From Auanema rhodensis (taxonomy: Eukaryota > Animalia > Nematoda), in assembly GCA_964057225.1 (NCBI GenBank), contig OZ059899.1:12090001-12154000 (forward strand): 64,000 bases of DNA, given 5' to 3'. The position numbers and the translations under genes are program-made. The notes below the pieces were generated by a model. That model was not told the DNA's origin. It saw only the letters and a program-made list of their open reading frames with translations, and searched no databases. Positions 1 to 12,420 of the stretch are shown in pieces; position 1 is the first letter of the stretch; every line of letters begins with the position of its first letter.

Positions 1-649
1 GCATGTTGTTTGATGATCAAAAATTTTTATGTCAAATATGTCAATGAAGAACTGAATTTAACATTTAAACTTTCTAGGAGCTATAAACGTATGTGCTAAA
101 AAAGCTACTGATGAGAACAGGTTCTATAGCTACTATGTACTACTGTTTCTCTTGACTATATTCATAGTAAACATTATATATAATATATTTTTCATTATAT
201 TGCAAATAAAGAGAACTAATATTTCAAAATATAGTAGGGTTTTACGCATATAATATAATTATTTGTATGTAGATATTAAAATTATTATTTTTATAATATC
301 TCATTCGTTTACAAGATTGTCTTATAACCTTTCTGTCTTTCGTTTTTCAACAGAATGAACTATCTATTTCAAATGTCAGCTGAAAAGCATGAGTCAGCTC
401 GGTAGCATTGAGTGATTTCAAACAATGTTGAAAAAACGATGCGAAATGGCTAGTTCAACGTCAACAAGACAGACAAGCTTTGGTAAAAAACGAACGTTTG
501 AATCTAAATGCTATTCGCTGTTCTAGGATCACTTTAAATTATCATCACTTGTACGACAAATGACAAAAACGAACCATCTTGTTCAAATTACGTGAAGAAA
601 AAAAGTGAACGAGAATGAATGAAATGAAGAAATCATAGATCAAACTAAC

Positions 650-3600
650 CCTGCCTAACTGGAGAGCCTTTTTCCGTAGTTTATCCATGCGATGTTGCAT
701 GGCAATTCGTGCCGATGTAGAAAGCATTGGAGCCAGCCGATCAGCAGTAGCTTCCAAGCTTCTAATATCGGTACCATAATCTATAAATGAAGAATGATTA
801 TCAACAGATCAGATTGATATTTTCAAATTACCAAGTAAAGTATTTGTGTTTGAATCAAAACCTTCATCTGCAAGCTTTTCTAATCGTACAATTTCATCTT
901 CCCATTGACACCAAAGTGTTTTCAATGTCAAAAGTTGAGAATGTAAAGCATCAAACTTATTCATGGTTGTTTCTATTCGATTATGACTTGCAAGAATAAG
1001 GTTATCGCCATCTAATTTGGTTTCTGAAACAACAAGCATCATATGTGAACAGTGGAACTCAATCTAAACCTGGAGAAGCGCTAATAGTTTTCTGAAGATG
1101 ATCCACATATTTTTCACACCGGGCTTGTGGATTTTCTGCATGAACTTGCTGATACTCTTTGATCCACCGGGATAATAAAGCAATACTATCAGCACAACTG
1201 TTAAATAAAAAAAATAAATAAATTGAAATATATTCCAAATATAAACCTCCATTGATCCATTTTCTTCTCAATATCTACTAAATATGCCAATAAAATATAA
1301 TGTGATAATAAAATTCTGATTGTAGCGAGGCGAATAGGAGCTTCTTCCGATAGAGTCTTTAATCGTGCTCTTAAAGGTTCAACAAACTCTGGAGCTACTG
1401 GTCTACCGCTGAGACCTCCCTTCTATAAAATAAAAATGAAACATATAAGATTTATAATATATAACAGACCTCTGCGGCAGCTCGTAATTCTTCTCGTTTG
1501 CTGTCCAAAATAACGAAATGACTCTACAATTTATAAGCGATGATATATGAAAGAATTCTCTATGCTTACTGTATGATCAGCTAATAATTTCTGAAGTTGA
1601 GAAACACATTTAGTTGGATCATCTATGGGCAAGTCTAATGGCTGAGTAATGAGTAGCTGGCTGTCGGCTGTCCATTGTGATAGACTAGCAAACGGTTCAG
1701 GTAGTGTTCTTTCGAAGCGAGCAGTAGCACTTTCTAGTTGCAGACGAATAATATCCCATCTAGAAGTAAAGTATATATTAAATATAAATAATATAATTAT
1801 ACTTTTTATCGATATCAGCTAATTCTTGTACAGTAAAATTCATTCGGCTACTCATAATGGTACTAAACAGACTACGATATTCAACGAATTCTTTGCGAAC
1901 ACGGAAAAACACCTGAAACATTACATATTTTTAGGATTCATGTGAAACTGTAGAACTTATGACAACAAAGAGGAAACAATGCTCACCTGTTGCTGTTCGT
2001 TTCTTAGATCCATCAAACTCGTTACATTCAACCATTCAATAAACTTGCTATGCTCTTCGGAATGTTCATCTTCCATTGGCTTTTGCTCTCCAAATGTATG
2101 TACAAATTGAGACACATAAGTAATAATAGATCTTTTATCTGGCTTTTCGCATAATACATCATCGACCTGAATGAATTTATAAGATTCATAATCACATTAA
2201 TTATCACAAAAGAAAGATAGGATTCTGATTATTACCTCAAGTAATTTCCTAATGCCCAAATGACGGTGAGCCATTTCAAAAGCATTTTCCAAATTTTCTC
2301 TTGGATGTGCTTGCTTGACACGTCTCATATCAATAACATCCGGTCGCCATCTAATAATCTTTCGTGTAAGTAACATTGAAAGAAGATTATTGTTTACCTA
2401 TGTACTAATGCATTGAACATAACACCATCTTTCCAGCCTTTATCCATATTTTCAACCTTTTCTCCAATATGACTGTAAAAATGCCAATTAAACTGAAGAA
2501 CAGTTTTCCTCATATGACATAAGAATTTAATTTTTGTATCCCTTCACACATTTCTGTTTTGAAAATTCTATACAATCTGCTCTATTATCGCTACTAATTA
2601 ACGATCTGACAGATGTTTGCAAGTGTTAGCATCTCGTAAAATTGCTTCAATAGCATACGAGCATAGCCTGATAGCATAATCAGTAACATAATTTCATAAG
2701 CGATTTCAAATTGATATAGAAATAACTACTCACCTTGTCACTTCAGCATTAATCCATCTCAACATTACTTGTTCCACAGAAGACTTGAACTGTTTCATAG
2801 ATACCCGTTGTGGTTCTTTGGTTGAGGGAGAATTAGATGAGCTTGGCAAGAAAGATAATATTCGCTGTTTGAAGGGACTTCTGCTAGGAGTAACCGGGCG
2901 AGAAGAAGTTGGAGCAGACGTTGATGGAGGACATGGAGTTACAGATCGTGAAGATGAAGCTGATGTAGACTGAATAGCAGCAGAAGTGGTAGCTCCCCAA
3001 CCCCACTCGCGCAATAAAGCAATATTTGTTTCAATCTGAAACTTTTGTTTATCAGAAATCCATTCATGTATTGGGATGAGTACCTGGAAATGCAATATAA
3101 TTTGCCAAATAAGTCCAAGAACAATGTGTGGATTTCCATTAGCAATATCAGCTGCATTATTATTAATAAGCTCCAAGCCTCGTCTTCGAAGAACCGTCAA
3201 AGCAGTAGTCAAATTAGCTATATGATGAACCCGTTTTGATACTCGAGCTTTGTTGATAGGCTGAAAAAAAAGATTTTCCAATGTGTATGATTTTGTATTG
3301 ATTTCTATATGTTATAATCAATATAAATATATATTTTTCTTTTTATTTGACATATTTCCTATTCGTATTTCAACTTTTGCTATTATTTAACAAAAATATT
3401 CTATTTGTATATATGTATATGTATATTTTATATTTTATATTGTAAATGATAAATAATAAAATGCTCGACCCCAAAACGCAATCAATCACTCTTTAAACCA
3501 AGTCAACTCCGTATGAATTTACGCGGATTATGCATGAAATCCCTACAATGAATGAGAAGAAATATTGATTCAATTCATTCAAGCATATGAATAGTAAGCT

Positions 3601-6600
3601 ACAGGTCTGAATTTTACCATTAATTATGCTAAATGAGTAGATGAATCAATTAGATAGACGTTGACTATATTATATTCTTCTTATATTCTATTGTATATTC
3701 ATATAAGATCATATTTATAGAAAATAATTGTCGAAAGATGATATCAATATGAAAACATTTCCTCTCTTCCTTGTAATCTATATAAAACATGCGAAAACGC
3801 ACAAAGCAGCAGTGGCGTCAGGTTTTGGTCTCACTCAATAGCAACAATGGTGTTCATATATACATACAGCCAGCTACACATGCACACATAAAATTCAGGA
3901 GAAAGCAGAAGAGTCAAAACCTTGGAAGAGAATGAGAGTGAAAGAGAGGCAGAAGGAGAGGATGAAGAGCAGACCTAATTAAATAACAAGGAAAAATGAA
4001 GCAACTGATTAATATAGCAATAAAAAATTGAAACGGACGCCTAAATTGCTACAAAAACGAAAAAATATTAAGTTAACCCTCTTCAAAGTATTCTCATAGA
4101 AAGAACTAGCCATTATGTTCACTAATTCTTCTTAACCTTTAGTATTTATTCGTTAATATGATATGTTGATCTCATATAAGTTTCACGAAAATGGGTAAAA
4201 TGAAGGAAAGAAGAGGGAAAAGGAATTATTACCATTAGTAATATATAAAATATGAATAAACATAATAAAATGTATGTTAATATTGTATTTTATACATTCT
4301 ATTAGTCAGCTTTTATGACTTCCTTCTATATGTTATAGCTATTGTGTGTGTGTGTGTGAAAAGAAGAAACATTTTCGACAATAATCGCAAATAATTCTGT
4401 AAGTTTTCTTCAATTTCGATTTCAATAATGATTGAGAAGAGATAAAGTGAGAGTTTTTACACTTTTCAGTTTCTATAAGAAAACACCCACATGCCATTCA
4501 AAATTCCATCAGACGGCTCACAAAATAAGCTAAATAGTATATATACATCTATATAGATAATTTATCATATATTATATATTATATATAGATATAGATAATA
4601 TAAGTAAGTAGCAATGAGCTGGCACTTTCAGTCCGCTTCCTATCAAAACTATTTATCTCGATTCTTGGTCGAGGTCAAGCCAACATAGGAACCGTCGTCT
4701 GTATATACATATAACCAATAAGGACTCTATCTCAAGATTCCGACATTAAATACATAATGTTGTTATCTATTAGCAATTTAACACAACAACTGAATGAAAC
4801 ATATTCACTACACTTGTAGATGTTTGATATTTAACAAAACAACACAAGCTATGTAATAAGCTTTTCAATTGATATAGACTATATAATCATATTAATATGA
4901 TAACAGTATACTTTTAATAATGCCATTAAACATATTGATTTGTTTTATATTTGTGTAGAGAAAACTATGGAATATAGCAATCTTCCTCCTCAAACCTCGA
5001 TGAATGAATTCACAATTCCAGTGTCGAATTTCTTGTAGGAAAAGACAACACACTTATCGGTTGGTATGAATGAAAGAGAAAGGAAGGCTTGGTCGAAAAC
5101 CTCTATCAAGCACAAAAGAAATGATACTATATTTTAGCTTAATTTGCTCATAAGCTCAGGAAACACTTATAGTGACATTGTCCGCAAGCTATGTACATCA
5201 GAAGAAAGTCACACAAAAGCTAGTTCTGTTCTCGGAGCTTCTACATGAAACTAAGAAATGATTCTCACAGGATTAAACAAAACATTCTCATTGATTTTTT
5301 TCTTTAAAATCATCACTTCCAAGTTTTGTCAAAGCGAAATGGAGTCTAATAAGAGGTTTAACCTTCGGTTAGGCGGTGATTTAGATATGTTGGTCTCATC
5401 TAACCGATAAAAAACTAGGCGCACTCGTAAGAGGGATATAAGATGTTAATCGAATGCGTACACAAATAATCTGACCATTCTCAAGTACTCTTTAAACTTT
5501 TACTTCTCTCCACTTATATCCATATAAAGAATCAGTTTCTTGATAAGTTATTCTTATTATTTGAAACAAATGAAATACAGGTCAAATTATTTGCAAGCCA
5601 GATAAGAGCAGAGTACTGTCAGAATCGTTTATCAGATGCAAATCGTTTAGATAAGGCTACTATTCAAGCATTTTGTTATAGTCAAATAAAATTTGAAAGA
5701 ATCAGCAAATCAGTTGAACAGTCGTCTTTTTATAGCAAAATGAGTGTTTAGGGGTGGGATGGAAATAGTTGAGATGAGCATTAGTAGCCTCTATGAGATG
5801 ATTTCAAATCTGTTTTATAAACGAACACTCGTTCTCTACTGGATTGTGTATATTATAAACAATATAGATATAAGTCAATTGAAGATATTTCCTAATCTAT
5901 TACTAAGTACATCTTAGGCTAGGATATTCCCGGAACAACAGAGATAATCTAAAGTGATGAGACAACACACGCTCCATCAGATTCATCATTTGAGACATAC
6001 AAAGAAAGGGAGGTCAATTAAAAATGGCATGTAGTATAGAGGACTAAAAAGGAAATAGAAAAGTGGAATTATCATAACAAAAGATTTGCAAAGATGAAGA
6101 GCTAGTTAAGGCAAGGTCTTCCTTCTACAAAATATTTCTCACGGAATATAGCAGATAGAGAATACTAGTAGTAATATAATAGTTCCGAATAGAATAGATA
6201 TTGAATAGATTTTTGAACATAAAGTAAAGTAAAACTAACCAAAGCTTCACCAGTAAGAACTTCAATCAAATGGCACAGTAACACACCGTCTTTAATATCT
6301 TCATATAAATCATTAATTTTGCCAGATGAGCTATGCTATAATACGAAAAACATTAAGATATGGTCTTATTTGGCATGATTCACCTCTTCCAGATGGAAAT
6401 TCATCCATTTGGTGAACGTGTTCTTCTGTGCACGTTCATCTTCATCTGAAATATTTTGGAAATAAGAAAGAGAATACTAATAAATTTCAATGTTCGCCCT
6501 CAGGTGTAATATTAGATCTAACAAGGTAATTTGTTGAAAATATTTATGTGAATATACTTGCCCATGGATGTAACTGAGTCAAGGTGATTTTCACTCAAGT

Positions 6601-9600
6601 TCTGTTATCACTGATAATTCATTGAATTAATTAAAGCTTACGTTTTGGGGGTCTGAAGCAAACACAGCATGTTCGTGCTGGAGGCGAGCGCGACATTTAG
6701 ACGACTGACGGAAAAACCCGCCCCTGCGTGCCTTCCCCCCCACAACACGGTCCCTAGAGCCGGGAAATATTAAGAGATAGAGAGAGAGAGAATGAAAGGG
6801 GTTTGGCCGAGAGAGGAATGAGATAGACAGGAGAAACCAGACGGCTTGGTAAGGCCGGAGGTTAACCTCATATAAGGGTCACAGATAGTACGTGGCATTC
6901 GGAGCATACAGAGAAGAGTTAAGTAGAGAGAGAACGAATCTGGACCAAATAAGTGTCCTATAGATGCATGATGACAAAAGTGGAAATGAAAGGACCATAC
7001 AACATGCACCCATTCACCATCCAGAGCATGACTGAACCGTATTATTAAGTTTCGAACAGTTCAGAAAAATCTTGAATGGAGGAATAAAGAACTATTTCTC
7101 AGTAGAGTAGTAAACGAATAAATTTCCAAAAAATAAAAAGAAATAAGCTTAACTTACCGAAATGTGTGAATCTGAGTCCAAAAAACGACATTCTTGTACT
7201 AAACGTTCAAATGGGCGTTCGTTTATAATGAAATCTTTCTCAAGTTGAATAACTAGATGAGATACTAAAAATGGTTAGTATCTCTTACTAGCTTCACTGT
7301 TTTCGTATTCTGAAATATATATTTATGAGTTTTTTTCTAAACTATAAACATATTATAAGTTATAAATTTCAATATTATTAACGAAACTAGGCATAATAAC
7401 TAAAAAGCAATTTGAATCATTCATATAAATAAAGTAACAAAGTTTAAACAGAATTTTAGAATTTTAAATAAGTAAAGTTGTGTCAAACGAATATAAAAAT
7501 GCAGAAAAATAATGTAAGTTAAAGAGAACATGATAGATGATTTAGAATTAAACTTAAATAATTTTAAAGTTTTTTATATAAACAGAAGCATTATTTTATA
7601 TTTTGTTGTTTTGTTTAGCAGTGACATGTGCTTCAACCAAACAACATTTTGCCTTCCATGGGAGCCGATCAATTTTGCGACGCATACACGAACATAGATA
7701 ATTAGATGGCACAAATAGAAATATAAAGAATAACGAGTAAATGTAGTGAATAAAGACAACTCAAAGAATAATCTCATTCATTTTCGAAAAAAGAAAGAAA
7801 AAGATTTCATAGTTTTAGGTGTGTATTTAAATTTCAAGGAAGCAAAATCAATACTCAACAAGCGAGCTCATATACATTCAAGCCTAGCATGATATACACA
7901 TGCAAACAAGCAAATAATTGAAATAAATGAGAAACAGAAAATATTTTGATGCACATAACAATCAAATCTTTTCAAAATAGAATAGAGAAATAAAAAAAAA
8001 GAAAACAGGGTTCAAGTATGAAATGTAAACAACCAATTTCAGCTGATAATAGAAACACAATAAATGAAAAACTAGGTGCTGTTTTGCGTTACGTGAAAAT
8101 TACGTGGAAAATAAATAAATTTAAATATGCTAATTGCATGGAAATTAATGTTGTTTTTAAGTGATTTTATATGATTTGAACGTCATATAAGACAAGAACA
8201 CATGTCTTAATACAGCTGTAACTGATTTTAAGCAGCAAAATGAGTCTTTGTCTTCGATTATAGCAATCTTTGACATCAGCAGCGAGACTAATTCAGTTGC
8301 TAAACATTGTCTTTCAACAAGAAGAAGAGGAACAGATTAAATATTGCGGCAGTAAGACATCTTGTTCATTACAAAACTAACCGAATCTTCATCATCTCTT
8401 CAATTTCTAAGCTTAATTCATCACACATTTTTTTCGCAAAGCGTTGGCGGAGCACTTCTGGACAACTCAACTTTTTGCTTAAAATACAGTAACAGGTTGT
8501 AATGTGATATGTTTCTCAATATCATATAGATATAAATAAACTTAATATGTATATATTCATAAAGAGCATAAAAATGATACTGTAATCATATGATTTTAAT
8601 AATATTAAAGCGATAATATACTATTATTGTACAAATAAATTAGATAGATATATTCACATAAATATAGTATATAAAAGTTATTTTTTGAAAATTAATTTAG
8701 AATAGGATGGGTAATGCTGCTGAATATGCATAATAATGATAAATTTCACTTTTGCATTGATACTCTCGTACACAGGCGTGATCAAAGGAAATAGCAGGGG
8801 GGCAAGCCAGCTGCCGCGTGAAAGTTTCAAATGTTTGCACAAACGACTGGCCGCTGCAAAAACCGGTCGAGGATTTCAATTTCAGAATAAGAGAATTGCC
8901 CTTATTTGGAATAATTTCATTTGGAAGTGATGAGCAGCAAATAAAAAAGTGACAAAAACCATTTGATATACGCTTGAGTGATTGTGGTAGCAAAATCAAC
9001 TATACATGGAGCACAAAATGTATTTGCGGAAGTACTTTGAAACGGAAGAAACTCTGTTAAAGCTACAGATTAAAACTGGAACAAGACGTTACAGAAGAGA
9101 AAATCTGATTGATTAGCAGCGTTTTTAGGAAGAAATTGTGAGAAATGAAATCTCGATTACCGTCAAAAGTAATGGAACAAATATTTCATTAAAACTACTG
9201 ATTGTCGTCATTCTTTGATGTGTGAAAAATGAATGATAATAAAAGTTGTGATATTCAATCATGAATTACCTGACTTAGATAAATGGTTACTACATAAAAT
9301 ACTAGATGGAATCGATGTTACAGCCTTAGATTGAAGAATAGTAAAAATTATCAAATATTAGATAGAGAAAGAGAGCTAAATGTAAAAGACAACTCAAGAT
9401 GATTGTTGTATTGAGATGGGCAAACGTTGAAAACAAGAAAGACATTGAGATAGACAAGCAAATAAAGCTGAATTTATGAGAAAAATAGAAGAAAAAACAG
9501 TTATCACGTAGGTGTTTACGGTGGCGAGCATATGCAATAACCGTTGTACACTGATAATTTACGTGTCTAACACTAAAAGAAAAGACCATAAAAGGTGATC

Positions 9601-11010
9601 GCTTGGAACAATTAAAATTAATTAATTTCAAATGTTTTCTTATAGAAATATATTTATTTTAAAAAAAAATGCATTTGATCATATTTATTAGAATGTCTTA
9701 TACAATTTTATGAGAGTTTTCTGTAAATTTTATGATCAACTTCCGGAAATGATGAGAGTGCTGAATTGTGTTCTTATCAACAATTCTTGAAATAATTTAG
9801 CTTTAATAGATGAACCAATATGACGCTACTAATACGTAATCCGATAAAGAAAATTGAAAATAATGCAAAATTTCGAGAAAAGAAAATGAGGGGTGGGTGC
9901 CAAATGACTGCTGAATACATACAACTGAAGAAACAGTTTTAACGGATTGAGAAAGGTGAAAAAATTCATTTCTATGTACTAGAATGTTTTCTTATCGTAT
10001 TTAACTCGACAATGACAAAGTCATATACGTAAATAAAAGAAATTTTGAGTAAATAACGAAAATCAGTTTTATGATCATGCCGGATGACGAAGGAAGACAT
10101 AACAAAAAAGCCAGAATATGTGTATTTTCAACGAAATTTTTGAGAAAAAAAATATAAATAAAATTATATTCATAGTGTAATAAAACTAAACACTTTACTT
10201 CATTATGGAAAAACTGTTTAATGAAATAGAAAAAAAGGATAAGTTTGAAAGGGGACATACGTCGAGAAAAAAAGAATTAGTTGACAAAGATAACGATATG
10301 ATGATTCATTAGTGTGTTAAATTATTTTATTTCATCGGATAGCTTTTGTTGCTGACTATCACATAAAATATAAATTTAGAAATCAGGCAATTAACGAGCA
10401 AAGAAGATTTGATCAAGTATACAAAGACAAGATGACCGTCAGACAAGACAGGAAGAGAGAGAGGAAATATACAGAACACACTAGAATCGTTTTCTTCTCA
10501 CATCTATAAAAACGCGCACGAAATGAAAGAGAAAGAAAGGAGGATGTCCTTGGAGTTAAGACCTGAATAATTTTACAAACAGTTTAAATGTGTTATGTTA
10601 TTTAGACAATAAGAGCCGGTATAACAGTAGTAGTTTTGATAACAATTTACAAACAATATTACAAACAGAGTTATAAACAAATTTACGAACAAGGTAGCAT
10701 TCGAAGATTTTAAGATATAAGAAAGAAAGCATAATATGAAAGTAATATATGGTTTCTACGTTTGTATGTGCTATGATAATATTATATAATAAGAATCAAT
10801 GCAACCACCTAATATAAAGGAAATAGAAGACTGTTCAATTTCATCTTTCAAAAGTTTTTAAAGACAGTATGTTTCAAATAATTCAGAAGGTTCATTGAAG
10901 AACGATGAAAAGATATAAATAATTCCATTTGGATACCAGATGCGCGATATTCTAGCTAGCAATAAACTAGGCAATGTAACGGATTGTAGATACATCTGAT
11001 TGCTCATCAT
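650..11010 (-). CDS. anc-1: Nesprin/ANC-1 N-terminal part (tandem CH actin-binding domains plus spectrin-like repeats); gene probably continues beyond the left edge
   Basis: Spliced exons give DEDERAQKNTFTKWMNFHLEE (6445-6384), then ...LIEVLTGEAL, PINKARVSKRVHHIANLTTALTVLRRRGLELINNNAADIANGN (CH1) and ENMDKGWKDGVMFNALVH...ENLENAFEMAHRHLGIRKLLE..DV..EKPDKRSIITYVSQF (CH2), followed by helical repeats. First exon 6696-6642 (MSRSPPARTCCVCFRPPK) matches my recollection of the C. elegans ANC-1 N-terminus. The upper bound uses the most upstream candidate first exon. Confidence 0.93.
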
Positions 11011-12420
11011 TCTATCTATTTCAATGTATTTTTAACTCTTATTGTGTGTCATTTAAAGAAATATTTTTGAAGTGCTATTTCAATGTTTTCTTATCTTATA
11101 AATTATTTCGAAAAATTGCAATTATATTATATAACCTGAAACATTAAAATTTCTTTTCTTTTTCTGGAGCTATAAATAATAAATAGTTTAGTGTGGTGAC
11201 ATATGTATGTAGATAGATTCGAAATGATAATGAAAAAAAGATGTTTTTCGAAAACATTTTTTAACAAGGGTTTTCCTATGACAGTTCCAACATTAAGAAT
11301 AAATTATACGAAAATAACAAGATATTATAGCTCATCGTTACAGAAATATTCGAATCTATATATGCATGATGTAAAAGAATATTAAATATCTATTCAATCA
11401 ACAAAATGTGGAATAATACGAATTTTTAAAAAAAATAAAACGTTTAAACTGCATTCATTTGACTCTCTGAAAATTCTCATGAGATAAAAGAAACCAGATT
11501 TCTGGAAAGGACGAGAAACCTTCGCTGAGTAACAACAGTACAAGATGGTATGGCTGATGGCGGACAAAGCAAATTTGAAATAGACGATCAAAACATTCAT
11601 ACAAGAATTTTTGAATGAAAAGTTTGAATTGTGACAAAAATCGATTGGTAAAGGAGTTAGAAATTCGTTCTATTTATGTTTCCGTGTAGCAACCACCTAT
11701 TTATAGTTATAGAATAGAGATGATGGTCGATTCTATTGATGAGTAAGGTCAAATATAATAATATAAAGAATTTCAGGTTAGAAATTTCAGTAACAACAAA
11801 TGAAAAGCTTTCTATTTATTAACTAAATAACGAAAAGACACTAAAAGTTTCTTGAACCTCTTCAAAAACAAGATGTCTACAACAATTTAATTAACCAAAG
11901 CTACTCACAACACACGTCGATCATGGACTACATGATAGAAAACGTACAGAATAGTTGGCGCATATGTGGGAAAGATATCGAAAGGCAAGATATGGAATAC
12001 GTTTTTGATGTATATCTTCCTAGGATAAGCCATAAAAATATAATGACCTTCTCATGCACAACCACACATTATTGCCAAAAATCGAAATAGTTGAATGAAG
12101 GTCAGCCAACTTTATCATGTCTTACTTCTACTCTCCATTCATACATAATTTAAGAAAGTTCGTGCTTTTCAATAGTTTGTCTATGATAACTATAATCTAC
12201 TTTTCAACAATTCTCTTTAAATTTTATAAAAATCTGCATCTTTTTGATTAGGAATATCACGGCTACGTATGACTACGTATAGTTAAATAAAAAATTATTT
12301 TTGCTCCAAAATTTCTAAATTTGAGTTTGCTTGATCGTTCTTTTTTCTAATTAATGCTTTAACATATAGAAAATACATATATACTGTTTTTATAGGTAAT
12401 AGAATTAATTAGGTAGCGGT

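Noticed and set aside
545-757. Apparent end of anc-1 at the stop at 545
   Set aside because: A good donor (AGG|GTTAGT) at ~649 precedes F/I-rich intron-like sequence and no KASH domain is present, so the gene probably continues outside the window.
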